Of a DNA stretch of 64,000 nt, positions 18,770 through 29,569 are shown in pieces (the first letter of the stretch is position 1; every line of letters begins with the position of its first letter). A program made the translations under genes and the position numbers. The notes under the pieces were generated by a model that saw only the letters and a program-made list of their open reading frames with translations, searched no databases and had not been told where the DNA came from. The stretch is taken from IMG/VR virus record IMGVR_UViG_3300021962_000075; one strand, written 5' to 3'. Source of the DNA: an uncultured virus (IMG/VR IMGVR_UViG_3300021962_000075). Taxonomy: Duplodnaviria; Heunggongvirae; Uroviricota; Caudoviricetes.

Positions 18770-21700
18770 ATGGCTTTAAATTTTAACGTTGATCCATACT
18801 ATGACGATTTCGATGGAGCGAAAAACTTCCATCGCATATTGTTTAAACCTGGTGTTGCTGTACAGGCAAGAGAATTAACGCAAGCACAAACAATATTACA
18901 AAATCAAATCACCAGTTTTGCTGATAACATTTTCAAGCAAAATTCTCCTGTTACTGGTGGCCAAGTTACAACCAACTTTGACGTAAAGTACGTTAAAATC
19001 CAATCATCATATAATGGTATCACGATTGATGTTGAAAACTTTCAAGATAAACTAATTAGAAATGCCACCGGTACTGTTGTTGCAAGAGTGTTGACAACAG
19101 CTGTTGCTACTGGCACCGCAGATGAAGGTGATCCTGCAACATTGATTGTTTCTTATAAAACAGGTACAGAATTTAGTGACAATGAAGTTATATACGATGC
19201 AGATTCAAACTTAACTTGCCAAGCAATGCCTAGTGCTGCGGTTGGTTCTTCATCTATTGCATCCATTTCACAAGGTGTTTTCTATGTTCTCGGTAACTTT
19301 GTACAAGTATCACCACAAACTGTTATACTAAGCAAATACGATAACACACCATCTAAACGTGTTGGTTTAGATATCAGTGAAACAATTTATGACTATGCAA
19401 ACGATAATTCTTTGTTGGATCCAGCAGTTGGTGCATCTAACTACCAAGCTCCTGGTGCAGACCGTTATGTAATCAGTTTACAACTATCATCTAGACCATT
19501 ATATTTTGGTGATGATGCATTGTTTATTGAACTTGTTCGCATAGAAGATGGTAATGTATACAGAATGGTTGATGGTTCAGTCTATGCAACTATTGATGAT
19601 TACTTTGCAAAACGTGATTATGAAACGAATGGTGACTACATCATTCAAGATTTTAAATTTACACCTAAAACTTATGATGAGGATGCCAACAAATACACAA
19701 TGAGTGTTGGACCAGGTTTAGCATATGTACATGGTTACCGTGTAGAAAATCCTTCACCACTCAATATAATTTCGAATCGTGCAAGAACTACAGCTACACA
19801 GGAAAACGAACCTGCTTTCATAGATTATGGTAGTTATTTCTTAGTTAGTAACGTTGCAGGTACTGGTGAATATACTTTCCCTGTAACAACAGCCAACACA
19901 GTAGATTTCCACTGCGTTGCCAACACAGATATCAATACTGCAAACTCGACAACTTACAATTCAACATTGGTTGCCACAGCGTATATCCGTGGACTACAAT
20001 TTCAAAGTAGTCCAACAAATGGTCAGGCAAATACATACATATTCAAAGCACACGTTTATGATATTGAAAACAAATCAATTTCAGCAAATGTAATTTCTGC
20101 AAACGCAACATCTATTACACTTCCTTTTATTAATGGAAAAACTTCAGGTGTTGACCATGCTTATGATGGCGTAAATGTTACCATTTCTAAAGGTACTAAT
20201 GCGGGTGAAACAAGAACCATCTCCAATTACAATGGTTCAACAAGAGTTGCAACAGTAAGCCAAGAATGGAGTGTTACACCAGATAGCAGTTCCGTTTATG
20301 TTTTGAACTTTGATACACCAGATATTGAGTCTATGGTGTTTACAAATAGTGATGGAACATATCCAAAAACAAGATACGCAAGTGCTGAGATAGACAATAC
20401 AGGTAAAGTCGGAAACGTGGCCACAGGTGATGCCATATTTGAAAATCCAAACATACCTGAAATGATTTACCCAATCGGTAATCCATATGTGTCAAGTATT
20501 ACATCAACATCTTACACAACATATCAAGAAATTAAAGGTGTAAATTTTAACGTTGATGGTGATACATTATCCGCTACATTATCATACACAGGAAGTTATG
20601 CGGGTGTTATTAAACATTTAGGTAATGAAAACTCAACATTGTCTAATGATGTTGTTGAACAATGTTATACAATTATTGTTACTGATAGAAAATCAAATAG
20701 TACATTGACTAATGGCCAAGTTGTGCCATGGACAGTTAGTGGTAGAACCGTTAAACTAAATGATGTTGGTTCTATAGCCACATTTGAAACAGAAACATCA
20801 GATTTAACTGCATTTACCGCAACAATTATTGCAAAAGTTTTTGTGGTCAATGCTTCAAGTACCAACCACGTTCTAAGAATCAAGAATCTTGTTACTGGTA
20901 ATACAACTGCTGTATCAAGTAATGCTTCAGGTTATATGACAACTGTGGCCACAAATACATTTGTTGATGATTCAGCAAGTTCAAAAGGTCATGTTTACAT
21001 CAAGGCTGCTGGAGTTGTTTCAAACGGAACAAAACAATCATTGTATTTGTCTGACGTTAAACAACTTGTAAAAATCATAGATACGAAAACTGATATTTAC
21101 CCAACTGTTGCTATGTTGACAGACGCTTCTTATGATGTTACAAACCGTTATACGTTTGATAGTGGTCAAAGAGATAATTACTATGACCATGCATCAGTAA
21201 CATTAAGACCTGGTGCTGTGAAACCTACTGGTAATATTCTCATCATTGTGGATTATTATAAACATAGTGGTGGTGATGGTTACTTTAGTAAAATGTCATA
21301 CATTGACAACTCAAGTTCAGCAGAAAACTACAATCAAATTCCTTCTTACAAAAGTAAATATGGTACACAATATAGTCTAAGAGATTGTATTGACTTTAGA
21401 CCAGTAAGACTTAATGCACAAACACAATTTGTTTTCCGTCATACCGATTCAGACTTGAGTGTAGGTTCATTGTTACCAGCTGATTTGTCAACCTTTATTT
21501 GTGACTATTCATATTACCTAGGTCGTAGAGATAAATTAATTATTACTAAAGACAAAGCAATTCAAATTATTGAAGGATCACCATCCATCAACCCACTATT
21601 ACCTAGTGAACCAGAAGGTGCATTGGTGTTGGCCAATATTACGCACAAACCATACACCGGTAATATACCAACAGAAATGAATACAGGTTTATCAGACCTA

Positions 21701-24700
21701 TCTGTGCAATCTGTTCAACACCGCCGTTATACAATGGCTGATATCGCTGGTTTAGATACACGAATCAATAGAATCGAATACTATACTGCATTAAACGCAT
21801 TAGAACAAAATGCAAACTCATTACAAATATCAGATTCATATGGTCTAAACAGGTTCAAAAACGGTATTATGGTAGATGACTTTTCTGGATACGCTGCGTC
21901 AGATGCAGGTATTACAGATTATAAAGCATCAATTAATCGTAGAACAAAACAAATGACAGCAAAACAAACTGTCAAGAATTTCCCATTAAAGAGCTTGGCC
22001 TTAGCATACAACATGGAAAGACCACGAAGTTCTGTAATTTCTAGTTTTAATTTTGCGAGAACAAGTGATGGTTATACTAACTATTTCTCACTACCATATA
22101 CAACTACCAATATTGTTGCACAAAAACTTGCAAGTAGAACAATAAATATCAATCCCTTTTCTGTAACAAATGCAAAAGGATTAGTAGCACTATCACCTAA
22201 CGTAGATAATTGGGTTGATACATCTCACTCTCCTTCACTGTTGATTGTTGATCCAGACTTACATATTTGGCAAAGTTCCGATGAAATTAACACATTGATT
22301 TCAGGTGACTGGCAAACAGTTTCCGGTACAATGACACTGCAAAAAGAAACTTCAACTTCAAGAAGTTGGGACAATAGATGGGTTGATAATCGAACACTAG
22401 AACACATTACGGAAGTTACAACAACATCAACATATAAGAAAGTAACAAATCAAACTGGTACCGATTTACTAGGTGCATACAGCCAGATAGATAATACATA
22501 TTCATTGAATAATGGATATATTAATGACATTAGTATTCTTTCATGGATTAGACCACAAGAAGTTGTTATCCGTGCTCAAGATATGTTGTATAAAACAGAA
22601 ATACACGCTTTCTTTGACACAGTAAATGTTGATAACTACATCAAGAAAGCAAACATTATTGAGTTGACTAATGTTGTAGGAAAATTTAACCAAAATGATA
22701 TTGTTGGATACTATTCTTCAGGTACATTTGTACCAACAGGTATTGTTATTGGCATTTATGATTATCCAAATAATGATAATGTAAGATTGTATGTTTCTGG
22801 TGATGGTGCAACAACAACATATCATAGTGGAAATGTATTACAAAATGCTTTCTTCGATGAAGATGGTGTATATCAAACAAGCGAAGCACAAGGAACATTC
22901 AGTAGTCAAACACACAATGGTGGTTTGATACAAGCAGTGAATAGTTCAACATCAATAACATTGTCTACTTTGGCTTCTTCAACAAGCACGGACTATATTG
23001 GAAGTAAACTATACATTACACAAGGTGTTGGCAAAGGACAATCAGCGATAATTACTGGTTACAACGGAACAACCAAAGTTCTTACATTAGCCACAGCAAT
23101 AACATGTTCAGTGAAAGATTTATATTCTATCGGTTCTTTTGTTACGGATGAACAAGGTAGTTTCTTTGGTGTTTTCACGATACCAGAAAGAACTTTCAAC
23201 AATGGAACTAGAGTGTTCCGTATGGACAACCGTTTCAACGGAAATGAATCTACTATAACAACTTTTGCAGAAGGTACTTTCTATGCATCTGGACTACAGG
23301 TCAATAAACAAAATATTGATTTTGGTGCATCACCATCTGGAGCAAAAGATACCTTTACACAAACAAAGAAAAGAGATGTTGTAACTTCTGAAACCAGAGT
23401 TACTAAAGCACAAAGATTTTGGTATACCAAACACGATCCTGTTTCGCAAACATTTATTATTGACAAAGAAAACTTTGCAAATGGAGCATACATCACTTCT
23501 GTCAGAGTATTCTTTGCAACAAAACCAACCAGTGATACTGCGCCAGTAACTCTATCTATTGTGGGAACACTAAATGGTTATCCAAATGGATCAACGTTAG
23601 ACAATTCTATTGTGGTTTTACCTGCAAACCAAATTAAAACATCATCATCACCACAATACTTGGATGAAACAACATACACAGAATTCGTTTTTGATTCACC
23701 AGTTTACATTCAATCAGATGTAATGTATGCAATAATTTTAAGGTCACAGTCAAACGAGTATACATTATACACAGCTGCAAACGGTGACCAAGCATTGCCC
23801 TCATCTGTGAAGAATCTTGCAACTGATCCATATCCAAGTTCAATCACAAAGATTGCAACAGCACCATATGTTGGTTCATTATTCTTGTCACAGAACTCAC
23901 AAACATGGACAGCGGATCAAAACCAAAGTTTGATGTTCACCATCGAACGTGCCAAGTTTGATATAACAAAAACACCATCAATCAGAATGGTTGTTCCTAA
24001 GAAGATGCCATCCAGAACTTTGATTGAAAATCAAATTGATTATTATATCAACGCAAACACAATGGTTAACAAAGTTGGAACAACTTCAAATGAAGACCTG
24101 TTGGTTGGTGCATTTAATCTTACAACTACCGATTTTATTCCATCATCGACTTCAATAACATATACATATTCAGCTAAATTACAAAGTAATACTGAAACAT
24201 CCGAAGTTAATATTAATCCAGGTAAATATGGAACAACAATGTACAACCATATCTATTTGAATGATAACAGAGGTGAGAGAATAATTGAAGCCAACTCAAC
24301 AACATCATTCTCCATGTATGGTTATTTGGAATCAACTGATGATGCAGTTTCACCTATCATTTCAGATGCAGGTACATCTGTATTCACGATTGAATATGAT
24401 ATAAACAATTGTCCACTATCAAACGGTTTGATTTCTATCACCAATAATGGTAGTGGTTACAATGCAAACTTAACATCCGTTACTGTTTCTGCACCAACAG
24501 GTAAGAATGGTGAACAAGCATATGCAACAGCCAATGTTGTTGATGGTATTATTGATGCAATTTATATCACTACTCCAGGTGCCGGTTACATTGAAACACC
24601 AACCATCATAATTGCTGATGCAAACGGCACACCAGGAACAGGTGCAACCGCAGTTGTTGCGGGTGAAACATCATCCAGTGGTGGTCCAGCAGCAACACGT

Positions 24701-25114
24701 TATATAACGAAAAAAGTTGTACTAGACGGTGGTTTCGATTCAGGTGACCTGAATATTTACTTATCTGCATATCGTCCACTTGGAACTGATATAAATGTAT
24801 ATTACAAAGTTTTGAGTAGAAATGATACACAAAAATTTGATGATGGTTACTGGCAATTAATGACAAAAACCAACAGCAGTGATGGTAAATACTCACAAGC
24901 AAGAGAAAATATACATGAATATACTTTTGCACCTGGAACTTCAGGTAAAGAACAAGGTTTTGTTTCATACTTGAGTAATAATGGACAGACGTATTATACA
25001 TTCAGTCAGTTTGCAATTAAGATTGTGTTGACAACAACAGACAAAACTCTTGTTCCTTATTTGTCGGATTTAAGATGTATTGCTTTGCCACCAAATACTA
25101 ACACGGTATTCTGA
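18770..25114 (+). CDS. Large virion structural protein (VrlC/DUF4815-like)
   Basis: FNVDPYYDDFD..KNFHRILFKPG.AVQARELTQ.QTILQNQI, APGADR, RRYTM.DI..L..RI..IEYYT.L, RFKNG..VDDF, DPVSQTF motifs, as recalled for this family in aquatic T4-like phages. Confidence 0.8.
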   Translation: MALNFNVDPYYDDFDGAKNFHRILFKPGVAVQARELTQAQTILQNQITSFADNIFKQNSPVTGGQVTTNFDVKYVKIQSSYNGITIDVENFQDKLIRNATGTVVARVLTTAVATGTADEGDPATLIVSYKTGTEFSDNEVIYDADSNLTCQAMPSAAVGSSSIASISQGVFYVLGNFVQVSPQTVILSKYDNTPSKRVGLDISETIYDYANDNSLLDPAVGASNYQAPGADRYVISLQLSSRPLYFGDDALFIELVRIEDGNVYRMVDGSVYATIDDYFAKRDYETNGDYIIQDFKFTPKTYDEDANKYTMSVGPGLAYVHGYRVENPSPLNIISNRARTTATQENEPAFIDYGSYFLVSNVAGTGEYTFPVTTANTVDFHCVANTDINTANSTTYNSTLVATAYIRGLQFQSSPTNGQANTYIFKAHVYDIENKSISANVISANATSITLPFINGKTSGVDHAYDGVNVTISKGTNAGETRTISNYNGSTRVATVSQEWSVTPDSSSVYVLNFDTPDIESMVFTNSDGTYPKTRYASAEIDNTGKVGNVATGDAIFENPNIPEMIYPIGNPYVSSITSTSYTTYQEIKGVNFNVDGDTLSATLSYTGSYAGVIKHLGNENSTLSNDVVEQCYTIIVTDRKSNSTLTNGQVVPWTVSGRTVKLNDVGSIATFETETSDLTAFTATIIAKVFVVNASSTNHVLRIKNLVTGNTTAVSSNASGYMTTVATNTFVDDSASSKGHVYIKAAGVVSNGTKQSLYLSDVKQLVKIIDTKTDIYPTVAMLTDASYDVTNRYTFDSGQRDNYYDHASVTLRPGAVKPTGNILIIVDYYKHSGGDGYFSKMSYIDNSSSAENYNQIPSYKSKYGTQYSLRDCIDFRPVRLNAQTQFVFRHTDSDLSVGSLLPADLSTFICDYSYYLGRRDKLIITKDKAIQIIEGSPSINPLLPSEPEGALVLANITHKPYTGNIPTEMNTGLSDLSVQSVQHRRYTMADIAGLDTRINRIEYYTALNALEQNANSLQISDSYGLNRFKNGIMVDDFSGYAASDAGITDYKASINRRTKQMTAKQTVKNFPLKSLALAYNMERPRSSVISSFNFARTSDGYTNYFSLPYTTTNIVAQKLASRTININPFSVTNAKGLVALSPNVDNWVDTSHSPSLLIVDPDLHIWQSSDEINTLISGDWQTVSGTMTLQKETSTSRSWDNRWVDNRTLEHITEVTTTSTYKKVTNQTGTDLLGAYSQIDNTYSLNNGYINDISILSWIRPQEVVIRAQDMLYKTEIHAFFDTVNVDNYIKKANIIELTNVVGKFNQNDIVGYYSSGTFVPTGIVIGIYDYPNNDNVRLYVSGDGATTTYHSGNVLQNAFFDEDGVYQTSEAQGTFSSQTHNGGLIQAVNSSTSITLSTLASSTSTDYIGSKLYITQGVGKGQSAIITGYNGTTKVLTLATAITCSVKDLYSIGSFVTDEQGSFFGVFTIPERTFNNGTRVFRMDNRFNGNESTITTFAEGTFYASGLQVNKQNIDFGASPSGAKDTFTQTKKRDVVTSETRVTKAQRFWYTKHDPVSQTFIIDKENFANGAYITSVRVFFATKPTSDTAPVTLSIVGTLNGYPNGSTLDNSIVVLPANQIKTSSSPQYLDETTYTEFVFDSPVYIQSDVMYAIILRSQSNEYTLYTAANGDQALPSSVKNLATDPYPSSITKIATAPYVGSLFLSQNSQTWTADQNQSLMFTIERAKFDITKTPSIRMVVPKKMPSRTLIENQIDYYINANTMVNKVGTTSNEDLLVGAFNLTTTDFIPSSTSITYTYSAKLQSNTETSEVNINPGKYGTTMYNHIYLNDNRGERIIEANSTTSFSMYGYLESTDDAVSPIISDAGTSVFTIEYDINNCPLSNGLISITNNGSGYNANLTSVTVSAPTGKNGEQAYATANVVDGIIDAIYITTPGAGYIETPTIIIADANGTPGTGATAVVAGETSSSGGPAATRYITKKVVLDGGFDSGDLNIYLSAYRPLGTDINVYYKVLSRNDTQKFDDGYWQLMTKTNSSDGKYSQARENIHEYTFAPGTSGKEQGFVSYLSNNGQTYYTFSQFAIKIVLTTTDKTLVPYLSDLRCIALPPNTNTVF

Positions 25115-25116
25115 TT

Positions 25117-25338
25117 ATGCATTTATTAAAGGTACAAGGCACCAAACTGGTGAGGGATCCTAGGAGTGGTGCCATTATCAACCAAGACAAAACTGGATTA
25201 GATGAGTACTTGGCTAGACGCCGTGGTATGGAGTCTCAAAAGGAAGAAATAAATAAAGTAAAGTCTGATATCATAGAAATGAAACAAGACATGACAGAAA
25301 TAAAAAGTTTGTTACTAAAACTATTAGAAAAAGGTTAA
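25117..25338 (+). CDS. Small conserved coiled-coil protein
   Basis: KVQG..LVRDPRSGAIIN.D followed by a heptad tail; I recall similar ORFs after the VrlC-like gene. Confidence 0.75.
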   Translation: MHLLKVQGTKLVRDPRSGAIINQDKTGLDEYLARRRGMESQKEEINKVKSDIIEMKQDMTEIKSLLLKLLEKG

Positions 25339-25339
25339 A

Positions 25340-28300
25340 ATGGCTAATACAGTTACCACATTAAATTATGCCAATACATTCGGCCATTGGTTGGCTGCAA
25401 CTGACGCATTGATTGCTGAAAATAATACATTGGCCAAAGATAATTATGTAAAAGATTCTGGTACAATTTATCTTTCAGAGGGAACATTAAACGCTTTACA
25501 ATCAAACGGTAACGTTATCGTACAAAAAGCGTTGATGGTCCAAGGTGTTGGTTCTTATGCAACAGTTCAAAATGATTTGACAGTTGAACGCCAAGGTCTA
25601 TTTACCAATACCGATTTGAGTATTGTTGCAACAGGTAATGTACAAGTTGGGAATACATTGATTGTATCTGGTGCAGGTTATGGTGTTCAAGTTGATAATG
25701 ATGCGTTGATTGGTGGTGATTTGGTAATTGGTGGTAACTTAGAACTAAACATTCTAGAAGCTAGACAAAAGGTCAACACAGAAACTTTGTCTGTAACAGG
25801 AACAACATACACCAACAAACTGCAATCAAATAACCAAGTTGTAACTGGCATACTCACTGCAAACACTAACATATACACAAGTCGTTTACAGTCAAACACT
25901 TCTATAACAACAACAGAAATTCAGGCTAATACCGTAATTAATGCTGCCACAATTTCTGTAACTACTGGCATGTATGGTAATTTACTACAAGCCAACTCAA
26001 GTGTTAATACTTCAAATGCATCCATTGTAAACACAGTATACACCAAAGACTTGCAAGCCAACTCAAGTGTTAATACTTCAAATGCATCCATTGTTAATAC
26101 ATTGTATGCAAAAAATTTGGTTGCTAATTCTAAAATAACTGTGCCTGATGCTTATGTTACATCGAATGCTCATATAACTGAGAATATATTTGTTTCGGGT
26201 TCAGGATATGCATATGATTTTTATGCAGCAAATACCGTGTTTAGTGATTCCATATATGCGAATACAGTTTACTTCCAAAACAATCTTACAACTGTAGGTA
26301 ATACCAATTCTACATCATTTTTTGCATCTTCAAATATAACCACACAAACACTATATTCATTAGATTCTTTTGGTGATTATCTTACTGCAAACCTACACAT
26401 TTATACACCATCAATTGACGTTGAGGGTACCACATTGACACGTTTTGTTCAAGCAAATTCGTCAATGAATACATCAAACTCAAGTGTGGTCAATACAAGT
26501 TACACAAAATATTTGATTGCAAACACACTGGTTACAACTGCTGGACTTAATTCTTTAGGTAAGACACATACAAATACTTTACAAGCCAACACTTCAGCAA
26601 ATACACAAACATTATCCGTTACTGAACGTGCATTAATTGACCGTGTTCAAGCCAATACATCCGTTAACACAGACATTTTAAGTGTTGGTACAATTGCATA
26701 TTCAAATAAATTTCAAGCAAACAATTCTGTAAATGCTGCTGTTATAAGTGTTAGTGGAAATGTGTACACAGATAAAGTGCAGGCAAATTCGGCCGTAAAT
26801 ACTGCAACACTAATGGTAACAGAAAAGATTGATGCGAATGATGCGTCAGTTTTTGTTCACGATTTGGAAACTTTGGGTTCATTATCTGTTGGTACTGATT
26901 TCATTATCAACGGCACAACAATTTATAACTCAGATACATTTACTTTAAATGCAAGTGCAGCTGACGGACAATTTGCTTATATTTCTGTAAACAGAGGTTC
27001 GTCTGGTGCTAATGCAGAGATTCGTTGGAATGAATCTAGTGAATGGTGGGACATTTATGAAACCAACAGTGGTGAATACTTCAGAATTCTAACTGATGAA
27101 CACATCAGTGACGTATTAGATTCTACTAATTCATTGGTTGTTGCTTCATCGGCAGCAGCTAATGCATTGAATGATAATATTCAAACAGCAAATACATATC
27201 TAAAAGGTCGTGTCACTTCAGCTGAAAGTTTTGCTAACAGTGCTTTTGTAAGAGCCAACTCATCCTATACTGCACAAAACACAACAGCGGCATTTGCTAA
27301 TGCGGCATTCAGACACGCTAACGCAGCTTTCGAATCTGCAAATAATGTGGCACCTCAAGTGGCACCAGCATACGGTCATGCTAATGCTGCATTTGATAAG
27401 GCTAATACTGTTGTATCAACTATCAAAGGAACAACAGGTTCTGTTACTGCAAGTAACGCTGGTATTACACTAAAGAGTAACAATGGTATTGTTATATTTG
27501 CCACAAATGATAACAGTACTGGTAACACACTTGCAATTAGTACTTCACAAGACCTAAGAACAACTGGTTCACCAACTTTTGCCGGTTTGTCACTGACAAC
27601 TCCACTACAAGTTGGCCAAGGTGGTACAGGAACAACATCCTATGCATCATTATTTGGTTTAGCAATAACTGCTGCAGCAGGTTCTGGTGCTGACGGAAAG
27701 GTTCTTGGTACAGATGGTGCTGGTGGTTATTCTTGGGTAACAGGTGGTTCAGGTGGAGGTGGTGGTACACAACCAGGTTCTAGAATCAGTTCATCACGTT
27801 TATCATATACCGGTGATGACCTTACTTCAAAATTTACCACACCAACGCATAGTGTTGGTACACAACTACGTGCATACATTAATGGTGTTCGTCAACTAGA
27901 ATCTGAATACTGGTCATTCACTGCAAACTCAATCATATGGTTTAAATCACCACCAGTAACAGGTGATTCAATACTCATTGAAGTTGATGGTTATGCTGTG
28001 TATGAATACTTTGCAAATAATATTGTTTATGGTCCTGCTTCAGGTGACATTGTTGGTTCAACCATTCAAGATGCAATTGATAACCTAGAAACAAGAAAGA
28101 TGCCAAAAGGTGGTGGCACATTTACAGGCCGTGTTGAAGGCCTAACGATGCCAACAACAACGTCAAATACTGTATTTGCAACAACTCAATTTGTAAATCA
28201 ACTTGCAAACTCTAATTATACATTCTCACATAGTATTAGTGGTAACGCAGGATCAGTAACAAATGGACTATATTCAAGTGTTACATATGAAAATCCTTCT

Positions 28301-29569
28301 TGGTTATCAACTCTTGCAGCATCAAAACTTACCGGTACTATTGCTGATGCTAGATTGGCCGACCAATCAAGTGTAACTGCTGGTCATTATGGTTCTGCAA
28401 GTAAAGTCACAAAAGTTTATGTTGATTCAAAAGGTAGAGTTACTTCCGTGGCCAACGTGGATATTGCTATCACTAGGTCACAAATTACCGATTTCCCAAC
28501 TTTTACTGATGCAACAAATGCCGACAATATTGTTTCTGGCACACTGAATAATGCCAGACTGGGCACTCAGGCAGGCCTAACAGCAGGTTCTTATGGTGGC
28601 ACCAACAAGGTAGGAACATTTACAGTCAATGCAAAAGGTATAGTTACCGCCGCATCAGATAGTCAAATCGCAATTACAAAATCACAAGTGACAGACTTCC
28701 CGACACTTGCGGCTTCCGCTACAACAGATACAACCAATGCTGGTAATATTAGTAGCGGTACACTACCTGATGCTAGAATGCCTTCCGGTTATGCAAAATT
28801 GGCTGGAGCTGCATTTAGTGGTGAAACAACTGTAACAGGTGCTGGCAAAATTATATTAGCTACATCAGGTGATATTACTGCATACAGAAGTGGTGGCACA
28901 ACAGGTGTAGTATTCTTAAATAGTGCTCAAAGTAAATATTTGTACTTTGATGGAACAAAATATTATATGCCTGGAGCAGCACTGAATGTTAATGGTTCTG
29001 ATGTTATGAATACATCGGATGGATATAATATTACTGGTACACGCAACTACGTTAGTTCTTCTTCTGTAAATGTTGCCACTCAATCAGGCACATTAGTTGC
29101 ATATGGTAGTAGTGGATCCATTGGCACAAACCATGCAACCATGTCTTTCCATAGACCAGGTGCATATGCTGTTAACATGGGACTTGACAACGACAACGTG
29201 TTCAGAATTGGCGGTTGGTCTGCGGCCGCAAATAGATTCCAAATGGACATGAGTGGTAATTTAACAATGGCAGGTAACGTAACTGCTTATTCTGATGTAC
29301 GATTGAAAACAAACATTCAAACCATTGAAAATGCATTAGACAAAGTGATGCAAATGCGTGGTGTTTCTTATGAAAGAATAGATAATGGTGAAAAAAATGT
29401 TGGTGTTATCGCACAAGAAATAAAAGAAGTTCTTCCAGAAGTTGTTCTAGAACGTGAAGGTGACGACCAATATATGTCAGTATCTTACGGCAATATTGTT
29501 GGTGTTTTGATTGAAGCAATTAAAGAACTTAAAGCAGAGATTGAAGAATTAAAAGGACAGAATAAATGA
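25340..29569 (+). CDS. Long tail fibre with C-terminal intramolecular chaperone (peptidase S74)
   Basis: 22-aa QANxxVNT repeats, ANxAF stalk, TVDxKGRVT repeats; C-terminal YSDVRLKTNIQTIENALDKV..RGVSY...GVIAQE..V.PEVV...V.YGNIVGVLIEAIKEL. Confidence 0.88.
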   Translation: MANTVTTLNYANTFGHWLAATDALIAENNTLAKDNYVKDSGTIYLSEGTLNALQSNGNVIVQKALMVQGVGSYATVQNDLTVERQGLFTNTDLSIVATGNVQVGNTLIVSGAGYGVQVDNDALIGGDLVIGGNLELNILEARQKVNTETLSVTGTTYTNKLQSNNQVVTGILTANTNIYTSRLQSNTSITTTEIQANTVINAATISVTTGMYGNLLQANSSVNTSNASIVNTVYTKDLQANSSVNTSNASIVNTLYAKNLVANSKITVPDAYVTSNAHITENIFVSGSGYAYDFYAANTVFSDSIYANTVYFQNNLTTVGNTNSTSFFASSNITTQTLYSLDSFGDYLTANLHIYTPSIDVEGTTLTRFVQANSSMNTSNSSVVNTSYTKYLIANTLVTTAGLNSLGKTHTNTLQANTSANTQTLSVTERALIDRVQANTSVNTDILSVGTIAYSNKFQANNSVNAAVISVSGNVYTDKVQANSAVNTATLMVTEKIDANDASVFVHDLETLGSLSVGTDFIINGTTIYNSDTFTLNASAADGQFAYISVNRGSSGANAEIRWNESSEWWDIYETNSGEYFRILTDEHISDVLDSTNSLVVASSAAANALNDNIQTANTYLKGRVTSAESFANSAFVRANSSYTAQNTTAAFANAAFRHANAAFESANNVAPQVAPAYGHANAAFDKANTVVSTIKGTTGSVTASNAGITLKSNNGIVIFATNDNSTGNTLAISTSQDLRTTGSPTFAGLSLTTPLQVGQGGTGTTSYASLFGLAITAAAGSGADGKVLGTDGAGGYSWVTGGSGGGGGTQPGSRISSSRLSYTGDDLTSKFTTPTHSVGTQLRAYINGVRQLESEYWSFTANSIIWFKSPPVTGDSILIEVDGYAVYEYFANNIVYGPASGDIVGSTIQDAIDNLETRKMPKGGGTFTGRVEGLTMPTTTSNTVFATTQFVNQLANSNYTFSHSISGNAGSVTNGLYSSVTYENPSWLSTLAASKLTGTIADARLADQSSVTAGHYGSASKVTKVYVDSKGRVTSVANVDIAITRSQITDFPTFTDATNADNIVSGTLNNARLGTQAGLTAGSYGGTNKVGTFTVNAKGIVTAASDSQIAITKSQVTDFPTLAASATTDTTNAGNISSGTLPDARMPSGYAKLAGAAFSGETTVTGAGKIILATSGDITAYRSGGTTGVVFLNSAQSKYLYFDGTKYYMPGAALNVNGSDVMNTSDGYNITGTRNYVSSSSVNVATQSGTLVAYGSSGSIGTNHATMSFHRPGAYAVNMGLDNDNVFRIGGWSAAANRFQMDMSGNLTMAGNVTAYSDVRLKTNIQTIENALDKVMQMRGVSYERIDNGEKNVGVIAQEIKEVLPEVVLEREGDDQYMSVSYGNIVGVLIEAIKELKAEIEELKGQNK
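25988..26094. repeat. 41-bp exact duplication at 66-bp period inside the tail fibre gene
   Basis: CAAGCCAACTCAAGTGTTAATACTTCAAATGCATCCATTGT at 25988 and 26054. Confidence 0.85.
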
